Positions 32,016-40,449 of a stretch of DNA of 40,449 nucleotides are shown here, in pieces. The notes under the pieces are model-generated. The model was not told where the DNA came from. It searched no databases and worked only from the letters and a program-made list of their open reading frames with translations. Source of the DNA: an uncultured Prevotellaceae bacterium (GTDB lineage Bacteria; Bacteroidota; Bacteroidia; Bacteroidales; Bacteroidaceae); contig CAMHPM010000001.1 of assembly GCA_946187025.1 (NCBI GenBank), forward strand, positions 1-40,449, in the 5' to 3' direction. Numbering within the stretch: the first letter of the stretch is position 1; each line of letters begins with the position of its first letter. Made by a program: the position numbers and the translations under genes.

Positions 32016-33506
32016 ATGAAAGGAGATAAGACAGAAGGCGGCACCCAGCCGTCGCTCAAGCAGCGCACCGCCCGTGGTTTGGTGTGGGGCATGATGAACA
32101 GCGCCGTGACACAGGTGCTGAACGTCGTGTTCGGGGTTGTGCTCACATTCTTCCTTCATCCGGCCGATTATGGCATGATAGCCGTGCTGTCAATCTACTC
32201 GGCCATTGCCGCCTCGCTGCAGGACAGCGGTTTTGTGCAGGCACTCACCAACAAGCCCCATGCCACCCACCGCGACTACAACTCCGTCTTCTGGTTCAAT
32301 GTGCTTGTAAGTGCTGCAATATACGTCATTCTGTGGATATGTGCACCACTCATTGCCGCCTACAACCACGACCCGCGCCTTGTGTGGCTGTCGCGTTATG
32401 CATTCCTCGGCTTCTTTTTCGCCAGTTTCTCCATCACCCCACGGGCCATCCTGTTTAAGCAGATGAGGGTGCGCGAGCAGGCTATATGCAGTTTCGTGGC
32501 CATGATTTCGTCGGGATTGACAGGTGTAGCGATGGCCATGAGCGGCATGGCATTCTGGAGCATTGCCACCCAGAGCATCGTGTTTGTGAGCGTGATATCG
32601 GTCATGAGTTGGTATTTTGCCCGATGGCGCCCGTCGTTCCACATCAGTTTCCAACCCATACGTCAGATGTTTGCATTCAGCTGCAAGCTGCTCATCACAA
32701 ACATATTCCTCAATATCAACAAATTTGCATTCGAGAGCATACTCGGACACTTCTATCCGAAGCAGGATATAGGCTATTATTCGCAAGCCAACAAGTGGAA
32801 CCTGATGGGCAGCCAGACCATCAGCGGCATGGTCCAAAGCGTGGCACAACCCATGTTTGTGCAGGTTGGTTCCGACCTCGAACGCCAGCGCAGGGTGCTG
32901 CTCAAGATGTTGCAGTTCACTTCGTTCGTTGCCTTCCCGGCACTGTTCGGCCTCAGCCTCGTGTCGCACCAGGTGATAAGTATACTGCCCGAGCGGTGGA
33001 TGCCGGCCGCTCCGTTCCTGCAGATGCTGTGTATCGGCGGAGCATTCATCCCGCTTGCTACGCTCTATTCCAACTTCGTCATCAGTCGCGGAAAGTCGGC
33101 CACATACATGTGGAACACCATTGCACAGAGCCTGCTCATCCTGCTGAGCATCTATGTCGTACGACACTTCCAGCTGTCGCTCTTCGGCCTCTCTGGCATC
33201 TGGCTCATGATACTCTGCTGCATCGCCATCAACGTGGTATGGATAGCCGTATGGCACACTTTTGTGTGGACCGACATACGCCTCAGCGCACTCAGCGCCA
33301 TGCGTGCCGTCTTGCCGTTTGCAGCAGTGGCAGCAGTGGCGATGCTGATAACACACTATGCCACGGCATGTCTCGACAACCAGATACTGCTTCTTGCTTG
33401 TCGCATTCTGCTGGCGGCTGTCATCTATCTGGGCATCCTGCGCCTGATGCGAGCCGAGATACTCAACGAGTGCATAGGTTACCTGCGGCATCGCAAGACC
33501 GACTGA
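32016..33506 (+). CDS. Polysaccharide / oligosaccharide flippase (Wzx-type, MOP superfamily)
   Basis: 496-aa highly hydrophobic ORF with about 12-14 predicted TM segments, a basic N-terminal tail, and the length and pattern of Polysacc_synt-type exporters. Confidence 0.7.
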   Translation: MKGDKTEGGTQPSLKQRTARGLVWGMMNSAVTQVLNVVFGVVLTFFLHPADYGMIAVLSIYSAIAASLQDSGFVQALTNKPHATHRDYNSVFWFNVLVSAAIYVILWICAPLIAAYNHDPRLVWLSRYAFLGFFFASFSITPRAILFKQMRVREQAICSFVAMISSGLTGVAMAMSGMAFWSIATQSIVFVSVISVMSWYFARWRPSFHISFQPIRQMFAFSCKLLITNIFLNINKFAFESILGHFYPKQDIGYYSQANKWNLMGSQTISGMVQSVAQPMFVQVGSDLERQRRVLLKMLQFTSFVAFPALFGLSLVSHQVISILPERWMPAAPFLQMLCIGGAFIPLATLYSNFVISRGKSATYMWNTIAQSLLILLSIYVVRHFQLSLFGLSGIWLMILCCIAINVVWIAVWHTFVWTDIRLSALSAMRAVLPFAAVAAVAMLITHYATACLDNQILLLACRILLAAVIYLGILRLMRAEILNECIGYLRHRKTD

Positions 33507-33535
33507 CGTCTGCTGCACAGGCTTTACCTTTTCGC

Positions 33536-33807
33536 CACGAGTGCTGAGGAATTTCACCGCGAGTGCTGAGGAATTTCATCGAGGGTGCTGAGTAATTTTA
33601 CCGCGAGTGCTGAAGAATTCTTTAATTTGTGGTGCAAATTATTAAATTTGTGACCAGAAATTATTAAATTTGTCGTTCAAATTATTTATTTTGCACCACA
33701 AATTAAAGAATTCTTCAGTACTCGCACATGTTTTTCCCTACACTCGCACATGTTTTCTTCAGTAGTCGCACATGTTTTCTTCAGTAGTCGCACATGTTTT
33801 TTTCTAT
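33536..33807. repeat. 272-bp dyad-symmetric super-array of about twelve 22-bp units around a perfect 29-bp inverted repeat
   Basis: The left arm has 4 units of cgcgagtgctgaggaatttcac (33536-33623). The inverted repeat is CTGAAGAATTCTTTAATTTGTGGTGCAAA (33610-33638) / TTTGCACCACAAATTAAAGAATTCTTCAG (33690-33718). The AT-rich centre has ttattaaatttgt repeated at 22-bp spacing. The right arm has 4 units of actcgcacatgttttcttcagt (33720-33807). Confidence 0.85.
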
Positions 33808-34015
33808 AAACTCGAATCAAAACAGATGCGTAGCCACACAAGTTTTCCAGCCTTTTCCCAGCATTCACACTGCAACCATCCACATTATTTATTACACATG
33901 CGCACACACGCACGTTGCACATCGGACACGGCTGTCGGCATGTGTCGGACGTCGTTTATAGGCAACTCCCGTCGGATTTTCGGCCATTTATGATGTTTGT
34001 TTAGCAATTATTTAG

Positions 34016-34023
34016 TATCTTTG
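34016..34023 (+). promoter_or_regulatory. Bacteroidetes-type -7 box (TATCTTTG) upstream of mnmG
   Basis: tttagTATCTTTGcacgg matches TAnnTTTG, 51 nt upstream of the mnmG ATG. Confidence 0.4.
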
Positions 34024-34073
34024 CACGGAATAATGCCCTATCAGGACACAGATTCGATACAAAAGGATAAGCG

Positions 34074-35945
34074 ATGACATTCAAATACGACATAGTAGTG
34101 ATTGGCGCGGGTCATGCCGGCTGTGAGGCCGCATCGGCTGCTGCACGCATGGGAGCACGTACATGTCTGGTGACGATGGACATGAACAAGATTGCCCAGA
34201 TGTCGTGCAATCCGGCCGTCGGAGGCATTGCCAAGGGACAGATTGTGCGCGAAGTGGATGCACTGGGCGGCATGATGGGCATCGTGACCGACCGCTGCAG
34301 CCTCCAGTTCCGTATGCTCAACCTGTCGAAAGGACCGGCGGTGTGGAGCCCTCGCGCACAGTGCGACCGCGGAAAATACATCTGGGCATGGCGCGAGATA
34401 CTGGAGAACACGCCCAACCTCAACATCTGGCAGGACCAGGTGTCGGAACTCATGGTCGAAGACGGCGAGGTGAGAGGCGTGCGCACCATCTGGGGCGTTG
34501 AGATTCAGGCACGTTGCGTGGTACTCACTGCAGGCACATTCCTCGGCGGATTGATGCACATAGGGCGCAAGCAGATACCCGGCGGACGCATAAGCGAACC
34601 GGCTGTCGATGGGCTCACCGAGTCGATTACCCGCCACGGAATAAGGGCCGGACGCATGAAAACCGGCACACCGGTGAGGATAGACCGCCGTAGCGTCGAT
34701 TTCAGTCAGGCCGAACGGCAGGACGGCGACGTAGGTTGGCATCACTTCTCGTTCATGGATGTGGAACACACGCTGGAACAACTGCCATGCTGGATGTTCA
34801 AGACCAACAGCGCAGTGCACGACATCCTGCGCTCGGGCCTCAAAGACTCGCCCCTCTACAACGGACAGATACAGAGCATAGGCCCACGATACTGTCCGAG
34901 CATCGAGACAAAACTCCACACATTCCCCGACAAAGACGAGCACCAGCTCTTTCTCGAACCCGAAGGCGAGACGACCAACGAGATGTACCTCAACGGATTC
35001 TCGTCGTCGCTGCCTATCGACATACAAATCAACGCCCTGCGACAGATTCCGGCACTGCGCAACGTGGAGGTCTATCGGCCGGGCTATGCAATCGAATACG
35101 ACTTCTTCGACCCCACACAACTGACTCATACACTGGAGTCGAAAATGGTGAAAAACCTCTTCCTCGCCGGACAGGTGAACGGCACCACCGGCTATGAGGA
35201 AGCAGCGGGACAGGGCATCATTGCCGGCATCAATGCAGCCATCAACTGCAGCGGCGGCCAGCCGTTCACCCTGGGCAGGAACGAGGCATACATCGGTGTG
35301 CTGATCGACGACCTCGTGACCAAAGGAGTTGACGAGCCGTACCGCATGTTCACCTCGCGCGCCGAGTATCGCATCCTGCTCCGACAAGACGATGCCGACA
35401 TGCGCCTCACCGCCCACAGCCACGAACTGGGCCTCGCATCGACCCAACGCTACGAAAAAATGCGGAAAAAGGCCGATGAAATCGAGCATTTCATCACGTT
35501 TGCCCAAAACTTTTCAATCAAGCCGGCACTCATCAACGACGCACTCAGCCAGATAGGAACCACCCCGCTCGAACGCGGATGCCGGCTCGTTGACCTGCTC
35601 GGACGTCCTGGTGTGACCATCGAAAACCTCACCCCACACATCAAGGCACTGGCCGCCGAAGTGGACAAAATCGACGACCGCAGGGATGAAACCCTCGAAG
35701 CCGCCGAGATACGCATAAAATACAAAGGATACATAGAGCGCGAGAACCAAGTGGCCGACAAGATGCTGCGCCTCGAAAACATAAAGATTCAGGGCCGCTT
35801 TGACTACCCCAACATGACGCAGATAAGCATCGAAGCACGCCAGAAACTCGCTGCAATCAACCCCGTCACACTGGCGCAAGCCAGCCGCATACCAGGCGTG
35901 TCGCCCAGCGACGTGAATGTGATGCTCGTGCTGATGGGAAGATGA
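34074..35945 (+). CDS. mnmG: tRNA uridine 5-carboxymethylaminomethyl modification enzyme MnmG (GidA)
   Basis: 623-aa ORF with the FAD motif YDIVVIGAGHAGCEAA and blocks MSCNPAVGGIAKGQIVREVDALGG and GYAIEYDF. Confidence 0.95.
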   Translation: MTFKYDIVVIGAGHAGCEAASAAARMGARTCLVTMDMNKIAQMSCNPAVGGIAKGQIVREVDALGGMMGIVTDRCSLQFRMLNLSKGPAVWSPRAQCDRGKYIWAWREILENTPNLNIWQDQVSELMVEDGEVRGVRTIWGVEIQARCVVLTAGTFLGGLMHIGRKQIPGGRISEPAVDGLTESITRHGIRAGRMKTGTPVRIDRRSVDFSQAERQDGDVGWHHFSFMDVEHTLEQLPCWMFKTNSAVHDILRSGLKDSPLYNGQIQSIGPRYCPSIETKLHTFPDKDEHQLFLEPEGETTNEMYLNGFSSSLPIDIQINALRQIPALRNVEVYRPGYAIEYDFFDPTQLTHTLESKMVKNLFLAGQVNGTTGYEEAAGQGIIAGINAAINCSGGQPFTLGRNEAYIGVLIDDLVTKGVDEPYRMFTSRAEYRILLRQDDADMRLTAHSHELGLASTQRYEKMRKKADEIEHFITFAQNFSIKPALINDALSQIGTTPLERGCRLVDLLGRPGVTIENLTPHIKALAAEVDKIDDRRDETLEAAEIRIKYKGYIERENQVADKMLRLENIKIQGRFDYPNMTQISIEARQKLAAINPVTLAQASRIPGVSPSDVNVMLVLMGR

Positions 35946-35990
35946 GAACCATTTATTATCCCACCCAGAGGGGGAATAATATAAGCATCC

Positions 35991-36026
35991 GCTATTCATT
36001 ATTCATTATTAATTATTCATTATTAA
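35991..36026 (+). repeat. AT-rich leader cassette 5' of apt
   Basis: GCTATTCATTATTCATTATTAATTATTCATTATTAA lies immediately before the apt ATG (36027). Confidence 0.8.
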
Positions 36027-36557
36027 ATGAACAACCCCTATCTCATGGAGCACCTGCGCTCCATACCCGATTTTCCGCAGAAGGGAATACTCTTCCGCGA
36101 CGTGACAACCCTCTTCAAGGACGCCAAATGTCTTGAAATCATGGAAGAGGAGATGTATGAACTCTATAAGGACAAAGGCATCACAAAGGTGGTGGGCATC
36201 GAGAGCCGCGGCTTTGTGATGGGTGCCATCCTTGCCCGCAAGCTCGGAGCAGGCATGGCGCTGTGCCGCAAACCGGGCAAACTGCCTGCAGCCGTGGTGA
36301 GCCAGTCGTATAGCAAAGAATACGGCACCGACACCATCGAGATGCACGAAGACGCCATCAGCCAGGACGATGTGGTGCTCATCCACGACGACCTGCTCGC
36401 AACCGGCGGCACCATCAAGGCCGCATGGGACCTCGTAAGGAAGTTCAACCCAAAGAAGTGCTACATGAACTTCATCATCGAAATACGCGACGAAGGCCTC
36501 AAAGGACGCGAGTTCCTTGGCGACGGAATCGAGGTAACCACATTGATATCAGTATAA
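36027..36557 (+). CDS. apt: Adenine phosphoribosyltransferase
   Basis: 176-aa ORF with IPDFPQKGILFRDVTTL and the PRPP loop VVLIHDDLLATGGT. Confidence 0.92.
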   Translation: MNNPYLMEHLRSIPDFPQKGILFRDVTTLFKDAKCLEIMEEEMYELYKDKGITKVVGIESRGFVMGAILARKLGAGMALCRKPGKLPAAVVSQSYSKEYGTDTIEMHEDAISQDDVVLIHDDLLATGGTIKAAWDLVRKFNPKKCYMNFIIEIRDEGLKGREFLGDGIEVTTLISV

Positions 36558-36608
36558 TCCCAACGTCAGTGCAGGGCAGTTCGGCTGCCCTGAGCTCAAC
36601 AAACAATC

Positions 36609-38441
36609 ATGCCTGCCGACCGCCTCACACACCTCAAGACCATTGTTTCTGCCCTGCCCGAAAGTCCTGGATGCTACCAGTACTTCGACCAGAGCGGCAC
36701 CATAATCTATGTAGGTAAGGCAAAGAACCTGAAACGACGCGTGAGCTCCTACTTCCTCAAGACACAGACATCGAGGAAGACGCAGATACTGGTGAGCAAG
36801 ATATGCGACATAAACTACGTGGTGGTACCCAGCGACGAAGATGCGCTCCTGCTCGAAAACAACCTCATAAAACGCTACAAGCCACGCTACAACATACTGC
36901 TGAAGGACGACAAGACCTACCCGTCGGTGTGTGTCACCAACGAACACTTCCCGCGAGTGTTCAAGACCCGCAAGATAATACCCGGTGCAGGAACATACTA
37001 CGGACCCTTCAGCCACGCCGGCACACTCAACAACATGCTCGAACTCATCAACCGCATCTATCCGCTCAGGCGATGCAGGCAGGCGGTCACGACCGAGGGA
37101 ATCGAGGCAGGTAAATACAAGACGTGCCTGGAATACCACATAAAAAACTGCAAGGCGCCATGCGTAGGCCTGCAAAGCCGCGACGACTACATGGAGAGTG
37201 TGGCCGAAGTGCGCGAGATACTGAAAGGAAACACGCGCGGAGTATGTGCCAAACTCATGCAACAAATGCAGCAACTGGCCGCCGAGATGCGATTTGAGGA
37301 AGCACAGGAACTGAAACGCAAGTACGACCTGGCACTCGAATTCTGCGAAAAGAGCGAGGTGATAGCCGGATACGACCACGACATCGACGTGTTCTCCATA
37401 GCCGACGACGAACATTCGGCATTCATCAACTACCTGCACGTGACCCACGGATGTATCAACCAAGCCTTCACCTTCGAATATGCAAAGCGCATGGACGAAG
37501 AGCCGGCCGACATGCTGGCACTGGGCATCGTGGAGATGAGGGAGAGATACAAGAGCCAATCGCGCGAAATCATCGTGCCCTTCCCAATCGAGGTGGAGCT
37601 GGAAGGCATCACAATCACCGTGCCGCAACGAGGCGACAAACGTCACCTGCTCGACCTCTCGCTGGCCAATGTGCGGCAATATAAGTTCGACAAAGCAAAG
37701 CAAGCCGAGAAGCTGAACCCCGAACAACGCACCACCAACCTGCTGCGCGAGTTGCAGCAAAAGCTGAAACTCCAGCACCTGCCGCTGCATATCGAGTGTT
37801 TCGACAACTCAAACATACAAGGCAGCGACGCCGTGGCCGGCTGTGTGGTCTTCAAGAAAGCCAAGCCATCGAAGGCCGACTACCGCAAATATAACATAAA
37901 GACCGTAGTGGGTCCCGACGACTACGCATCGATGGCCGAAGTGGTTTACCGCCGCTACCGCCGCCTGATGGACGAAGGGGGCGAGATGCCAAGCCTCGTA
38001 ATAGCCGATGGCGGCAAGGGACAGATGGAGGTGATACGCCATGTGGTGCACGACCAACTGGGACTCAGCATCCCCGTTGCAGGACTTGCCAAGGACGGCC
38101 ACCACCGCACATCGGAACTCCTCACCTACGTTGACGGCGAAATCATGACCGTCGGGGTTGACATCAAGAGCGCACTCTTCCAATTCCTCACACGAATACA
38201 GGACGAAGTACACCGATATGCCATACAGTTCCACCGCGACCGCCGCTCCAAGCATCAGGTTGCATCGGAACTCGACAGCATCCGAGGTGTGGGCGATGTA
38301 ACGAAGAAAGCACTGCTGAAACACTTCAAGAGCGTGAAACGCATACGCGAAGCAAGCCTCGAGCAACTGGAGGCCGTGGTGGGAAAAGCCAAAGCAGCAA
38401 CGATACATGCCGCACTAAACCAAGAGAACCAAGAAGCATAG
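36609..38441 (+). CDS. uvrC: Excinuclease ABC subunit C
   Basis: 610-aa ORF with a GIY-YIG start (PGCYQYFDQSGTIIYVGKAKNLKRRVSSY), a UVR domain and a C-terminal HhH region. Confidence 0.93.
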   Translation: MPADRLTHLKTIVSALPESPGCYQYFDQSGTIIYVGKAKNLKRRVSSYFLKTQTSRKTQILVSKICDINYVVVPSDEDALLLENNLIKRYKPRYNILLKDDKTYPSVCVTNEHFPRVFKTRKIIPGAGTYYGPFSHAGTLNNMLELINRIYPLRRCRQAVTTEGIEAGKYKTCLEYHIKNCKAPCVGLQSRDDYMESVAEVREILKGNTRGVCAKLMQQMQQLAAEMRFEEAQELKRKYDLALEFCEKSEVIAGYDHDIDVFSIADDEHSAFINYLHVTHGCINQAFTFEYAKRMDEEPADMLALGIVEMRERYKSQSREIIVPFPIEVELEGITITVPQRGDKRHLLDLSLANVRQYKFDKAKQAEKLNPEQRTTNLLRELQQKLKLQHLPLHIECFDNSNIQGSDAVAGCVVFKKAKPSKADYRKYNIKTVVGPDDYASMAEVVYRRYRRLMDEGGEMPSLVIADGGKGQMEVIRHVVHDQLGLSIPVAGLAKDGHHRTSELLTYVDGEIMTVGVDIKSALFQFLTRIQDEVHRYAIQFHRDRRSKHQVASELDSIRGVGDVTKKALLKHFKSVKRIREASLEQLEAVVGKAKAATIHAALNQENQEA

Positions 38442-38515
38442 GGGAGCAAACGAAAGAAGCATAGAGGCTACCAAAGAAACAAAGGGCAAAGAAATAGTAG
38501 CAAACCAAGAGAGAT

Positions 38516-38968
38516 ATGAGAGCTGTATTACAACGTGTGAGCGAGGCATCGGTCGCTATCGACGGAGCCGTGAAGTCGCAGATAGGAGCAGGACTGCTTG
38601 TGTTGCTCGGCTGTGAGAATGCCGACACAGATGACGACATTGCGTGGCTGAGCAAGAAGATAGTAAACCTGCGCATCTTCGACGACGAGGCAGGTGTGAT
38701 GAACCGCTCCATCCTCGACAGCGGAGGCAACATACTGGTGGTGAGTCAGTTCACCCTGTGGGCTTCCTACAAGAAAGGCAACCGTCCAAGCTACCTGCGT
38801 GCAGGCAGCCACGAAATCACCATACCGCTCTACAACCGTTTCTGCCGCCAGCTCTCGGCCGACCTCGGCCGGACGGTGCAGACAGGAGAATTCGGCGCCG
38901 ACATGAAGGTGAGCCTCGTCAACGACGGACCCGTAACGATATGTATTGATACCAAAAACAAAGAGTAG
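38516..38968 (+). CDS. dtd: D-aminoacyl-tRNA deacylase
   Basis: 150-aa ORF with MRAVLQRVSEASV, SQFTLWA and the NDGPVT motif. Confidence 0.92.
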   Translation: MRAVLQRVSEASVAIDGAVKSQIGAGLLVLLGCENADTDDDIAWLSKKIVNLRIFDDEAGVMNRSILDSGGNILVVSQFTLWASYKKGNRPSYLRAGSHEITIPLYNRFCRQLSADLGRTVQTGEFGADMKVSLVNDGPVTICIDTKNKE

Positions 38969-39017
38969 GAGGCACGCGCCGGAGAGAGTTCCGAGTTCTC
39001 CGAGCACTCAGCCACCC

Positions 39018-39054
39018 GCTATTCATTATTAATTATTCATTATTCATTAATTAT
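39018..39054 (+). repeat. AT-rich leader cassette 5' of deoC
   Basis: GCTATTCATTATTAATTATTCATTATTCATTAATTAT ends 5 nt before the deoC ATG (39060). Confidence 0.8.
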
Positions 39055-39059
39055 ACAAC

Positions 39060-39956
39060 ATGAGCGAGTTTACAGAAAGCAAAGTGCAACAGGCATTCGG
39101 GAAGTACAACCTGGAGCTTGACGACGAACAGGTGAAACGTGAAGTGGCAGCGCTGATAGCCAGTCACCTGGAGGAAAACAACACCGTGGACGTGAAGAAG
39201 TTCCTGCTCAACAGCGTGGAACTCACAACCTTGAAGACCGACGACAGCGAAGACAGCGTGATGCGTTTCGTTGAGAAAGTGAATAAGTTTGACGACGTGT
39301 ATCCCGAACTGGGACACGTGGCAACCGTGTGTGTATATCCTTGCTTCGCACAGATTTGCCACGACACCCTCGAGAACGAAGACGTTGAGATTGCATGTGT
39401 CAGTGCCTGCTTCCCGTCGTCGCAGTCGTTTATCGAAGTAAAGATAGCCGAGACAGCTATGGCCATCCACGACGGAGCAACCGAAATCGACATCGTGCAG
39501 TCGGTGGGTAAGTTCCTTGCAGGTGACTACGAGACCGTGGCCGACGAGATTGCAGAGCTGAAGGCAGTATGTGGCGACCGCAAGCTGAAGGTGATTCTCG
39601 AGACGGGATGCCTGAAGACTGCATCCAACATCAAGAAGGCATCGCTCCTTGCCATGTATGCCGGCGCCGATTACATCAAGACCTCGACCGGCAAACTCGA
39701 ACCGGCAGCAACGCCCGAAGCAGCCTATGTGATGTGTCAGGCCATCAAGGAATACTACGACGAGACAGGCATACAGATTGGTTTCAAGCCTGCAGGAGGT
39801 ATGAAGACCGTGAAGGATGCACTGACCTACTACACCATCGTGAAGGAAGTGCTGGGCGAGAAGTGGCTCAACAACCAGATGCTGCGCCTCGGCACCAGCA
39901 GCCTTGCCAACAAACTGCTGAGTGACATCACTGGCGAGGAAGTGAAGTTCTTCTGA
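39060..39956 (+). CDS. deoC: Deoxyribose-phosphate aldolase (long form)
   Basis: 298-aa ORF with the Schiff-base lysine region GADYIKTSTGK and KPAGGM near the C-terminus. Confidence 0.88.
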   Translation: MSEFTESKVQQAFGKYNLELDDEQVKREVAALIASHLEENNTVDVKKFLLNSVELTTLKTDDSEDSVMRFVEKVNKFDDVYPELGHVATVCVYPCFAQICHDTLENEDVEIACVSACFPSSQSFIEVKIAETAMAIHDGATEIDIVQSVGKFLAGDYETVADEIAELKAVCGDRKLKVILETGCLKTASNIKKASLLAMYAGADYIKTSTGKLEPAATPEAAYVMCQAIKEYYDETGIQIGFKPAGGMKTVKDALTYYTIVKEVLGEKWLNNQMLRLGTSSLANKLLSDITGEEVKFF

Positions 39957-39996
39957 TACGACATTAAACATACATTAATCATCAACCCAATATCCT

Positions 39997-40449
39997 ATGA
40001 ACAAGAAAGTATTCGTCACCATCTTACTTGCCTTGTGCGCATTCACATGTTATGCTCAGGAGGCCGACATCCCGGCACCACGCTTTGGATACCTGAGCTA
40101 CGACGAGGCACTCAAGTCGATGCCGGCATACGCCGAGGCACAAAAGAAACTTGAAGAGCTGAAGGCCTCCTACGACAAAGAGCTGCAATACTCAGAGAGT
40201 GAGTTCAGCAAACAATACGGAGAGTATATCGACGGTATGAAGTCGTTTCCCGAAAACATATTGCTGAAACGTCAGAAAGCCCTGCAGCAACTCATGGAGC
40301 AGAGTATCAGTTTCAAGGATGAGGCCAAGCGCCTGCTGTCGAAAGCCGAGGACGAACTGATGCAACCAGTGCATGAACGACTGAAAGCGGCCATCGCTGC
40401 AGTTGCCAAGCAGCATGGTTATGAGTTTGTACTCAACACCGACAACAAT
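39997..40449 (+). CDS. OmpH/Skp-family periplasmic chaperone, 3'-truncated by the window end
   Basis: Hand translation from the ATG at 39997 gives MNKKVFVTILLALCAFTCYAQE (signal peptide), then coiled-coil-like ..AQKKLEELKASYDKELQYSESEF..ILLKRQKALQQLMEQ.. There is no stop before the window end. Confidence 0.75.
   Translation, partial: MNKKVFVTILLALCAFTCYAQEADIPAPRFGYLSYDEALKSMPAYAEAQKKLEELKASYDKELQYSESEFSKQYGEYIDGMKSFPENILLKRQKALQQLMEQSISFKDEAKRLLSKAEDELMQPVHERLKAAIAAVAKQHGYEFVLNTDNN

Overview
This 40.4-kb window looks like a chromosomal segment from a Bacteroidales-type bacterium that has a type IX secretion system (T9SS). The taxonomic call rests on TAnnTTTG -7 promoter boxes, lipoprotein signal peptides, a T9SS C-terminal sorting domain and an OmpH gene. 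Coding regions are GC-rich and the spacers are AT-rich and full of repeats.

Positions 538-25981 form one uninterrupted minus-strand block:
- an M6 (InhA-like) metalloprotease with a dockerin tail;
- an orphan ABC ATPase translationally coupled to a glycyl-radical activase, next to a frameshifted glycyl-radical enzyme;
- a complete lplA-gcvT-gcvH-gcvPA-gcvPB-lpdA glycine-cleavage operon;
- at the window centre, a tightly packed unit made of a promoter plus palindrome, a 54-aa small ORF (sORF), a fimbrillin-like surface lipoprotein and a 3157-aa T9SS cargo protein.

The giant protein carries an N-terminal MABP-like beta-prism, Fn3/Ig-like modules, three LamG modules and about 1000 aa with no domain I can recognise. 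This unit is the most likely focus of interest.

Positions 26653-40449 form an all plus-strand housekeeping block: pyrE, two small secreted or unknown proteins, argH, an aldo/keto reductase, a Rieske-like lipoprotein, a Wzx-type flippase, mnmG, apt, uvrC, dtd, deoC and a partial ompH.

Almost every spacer contains members of a few dispersed repeat families:
- 22-bp-period tandem arrays with a CGAGTGCG core, including a 272-bp palindromic super-array upstream of mnmG;
- G/C-rich MITE-like elements;
- an AT-rich cassette directly 5' of four start codons;
- GTAAATAGTAAAT and GGGAAGTTAAAG word repeats.

I saw no transposase, integrase, CRISPR array, rRNA or tRNA.
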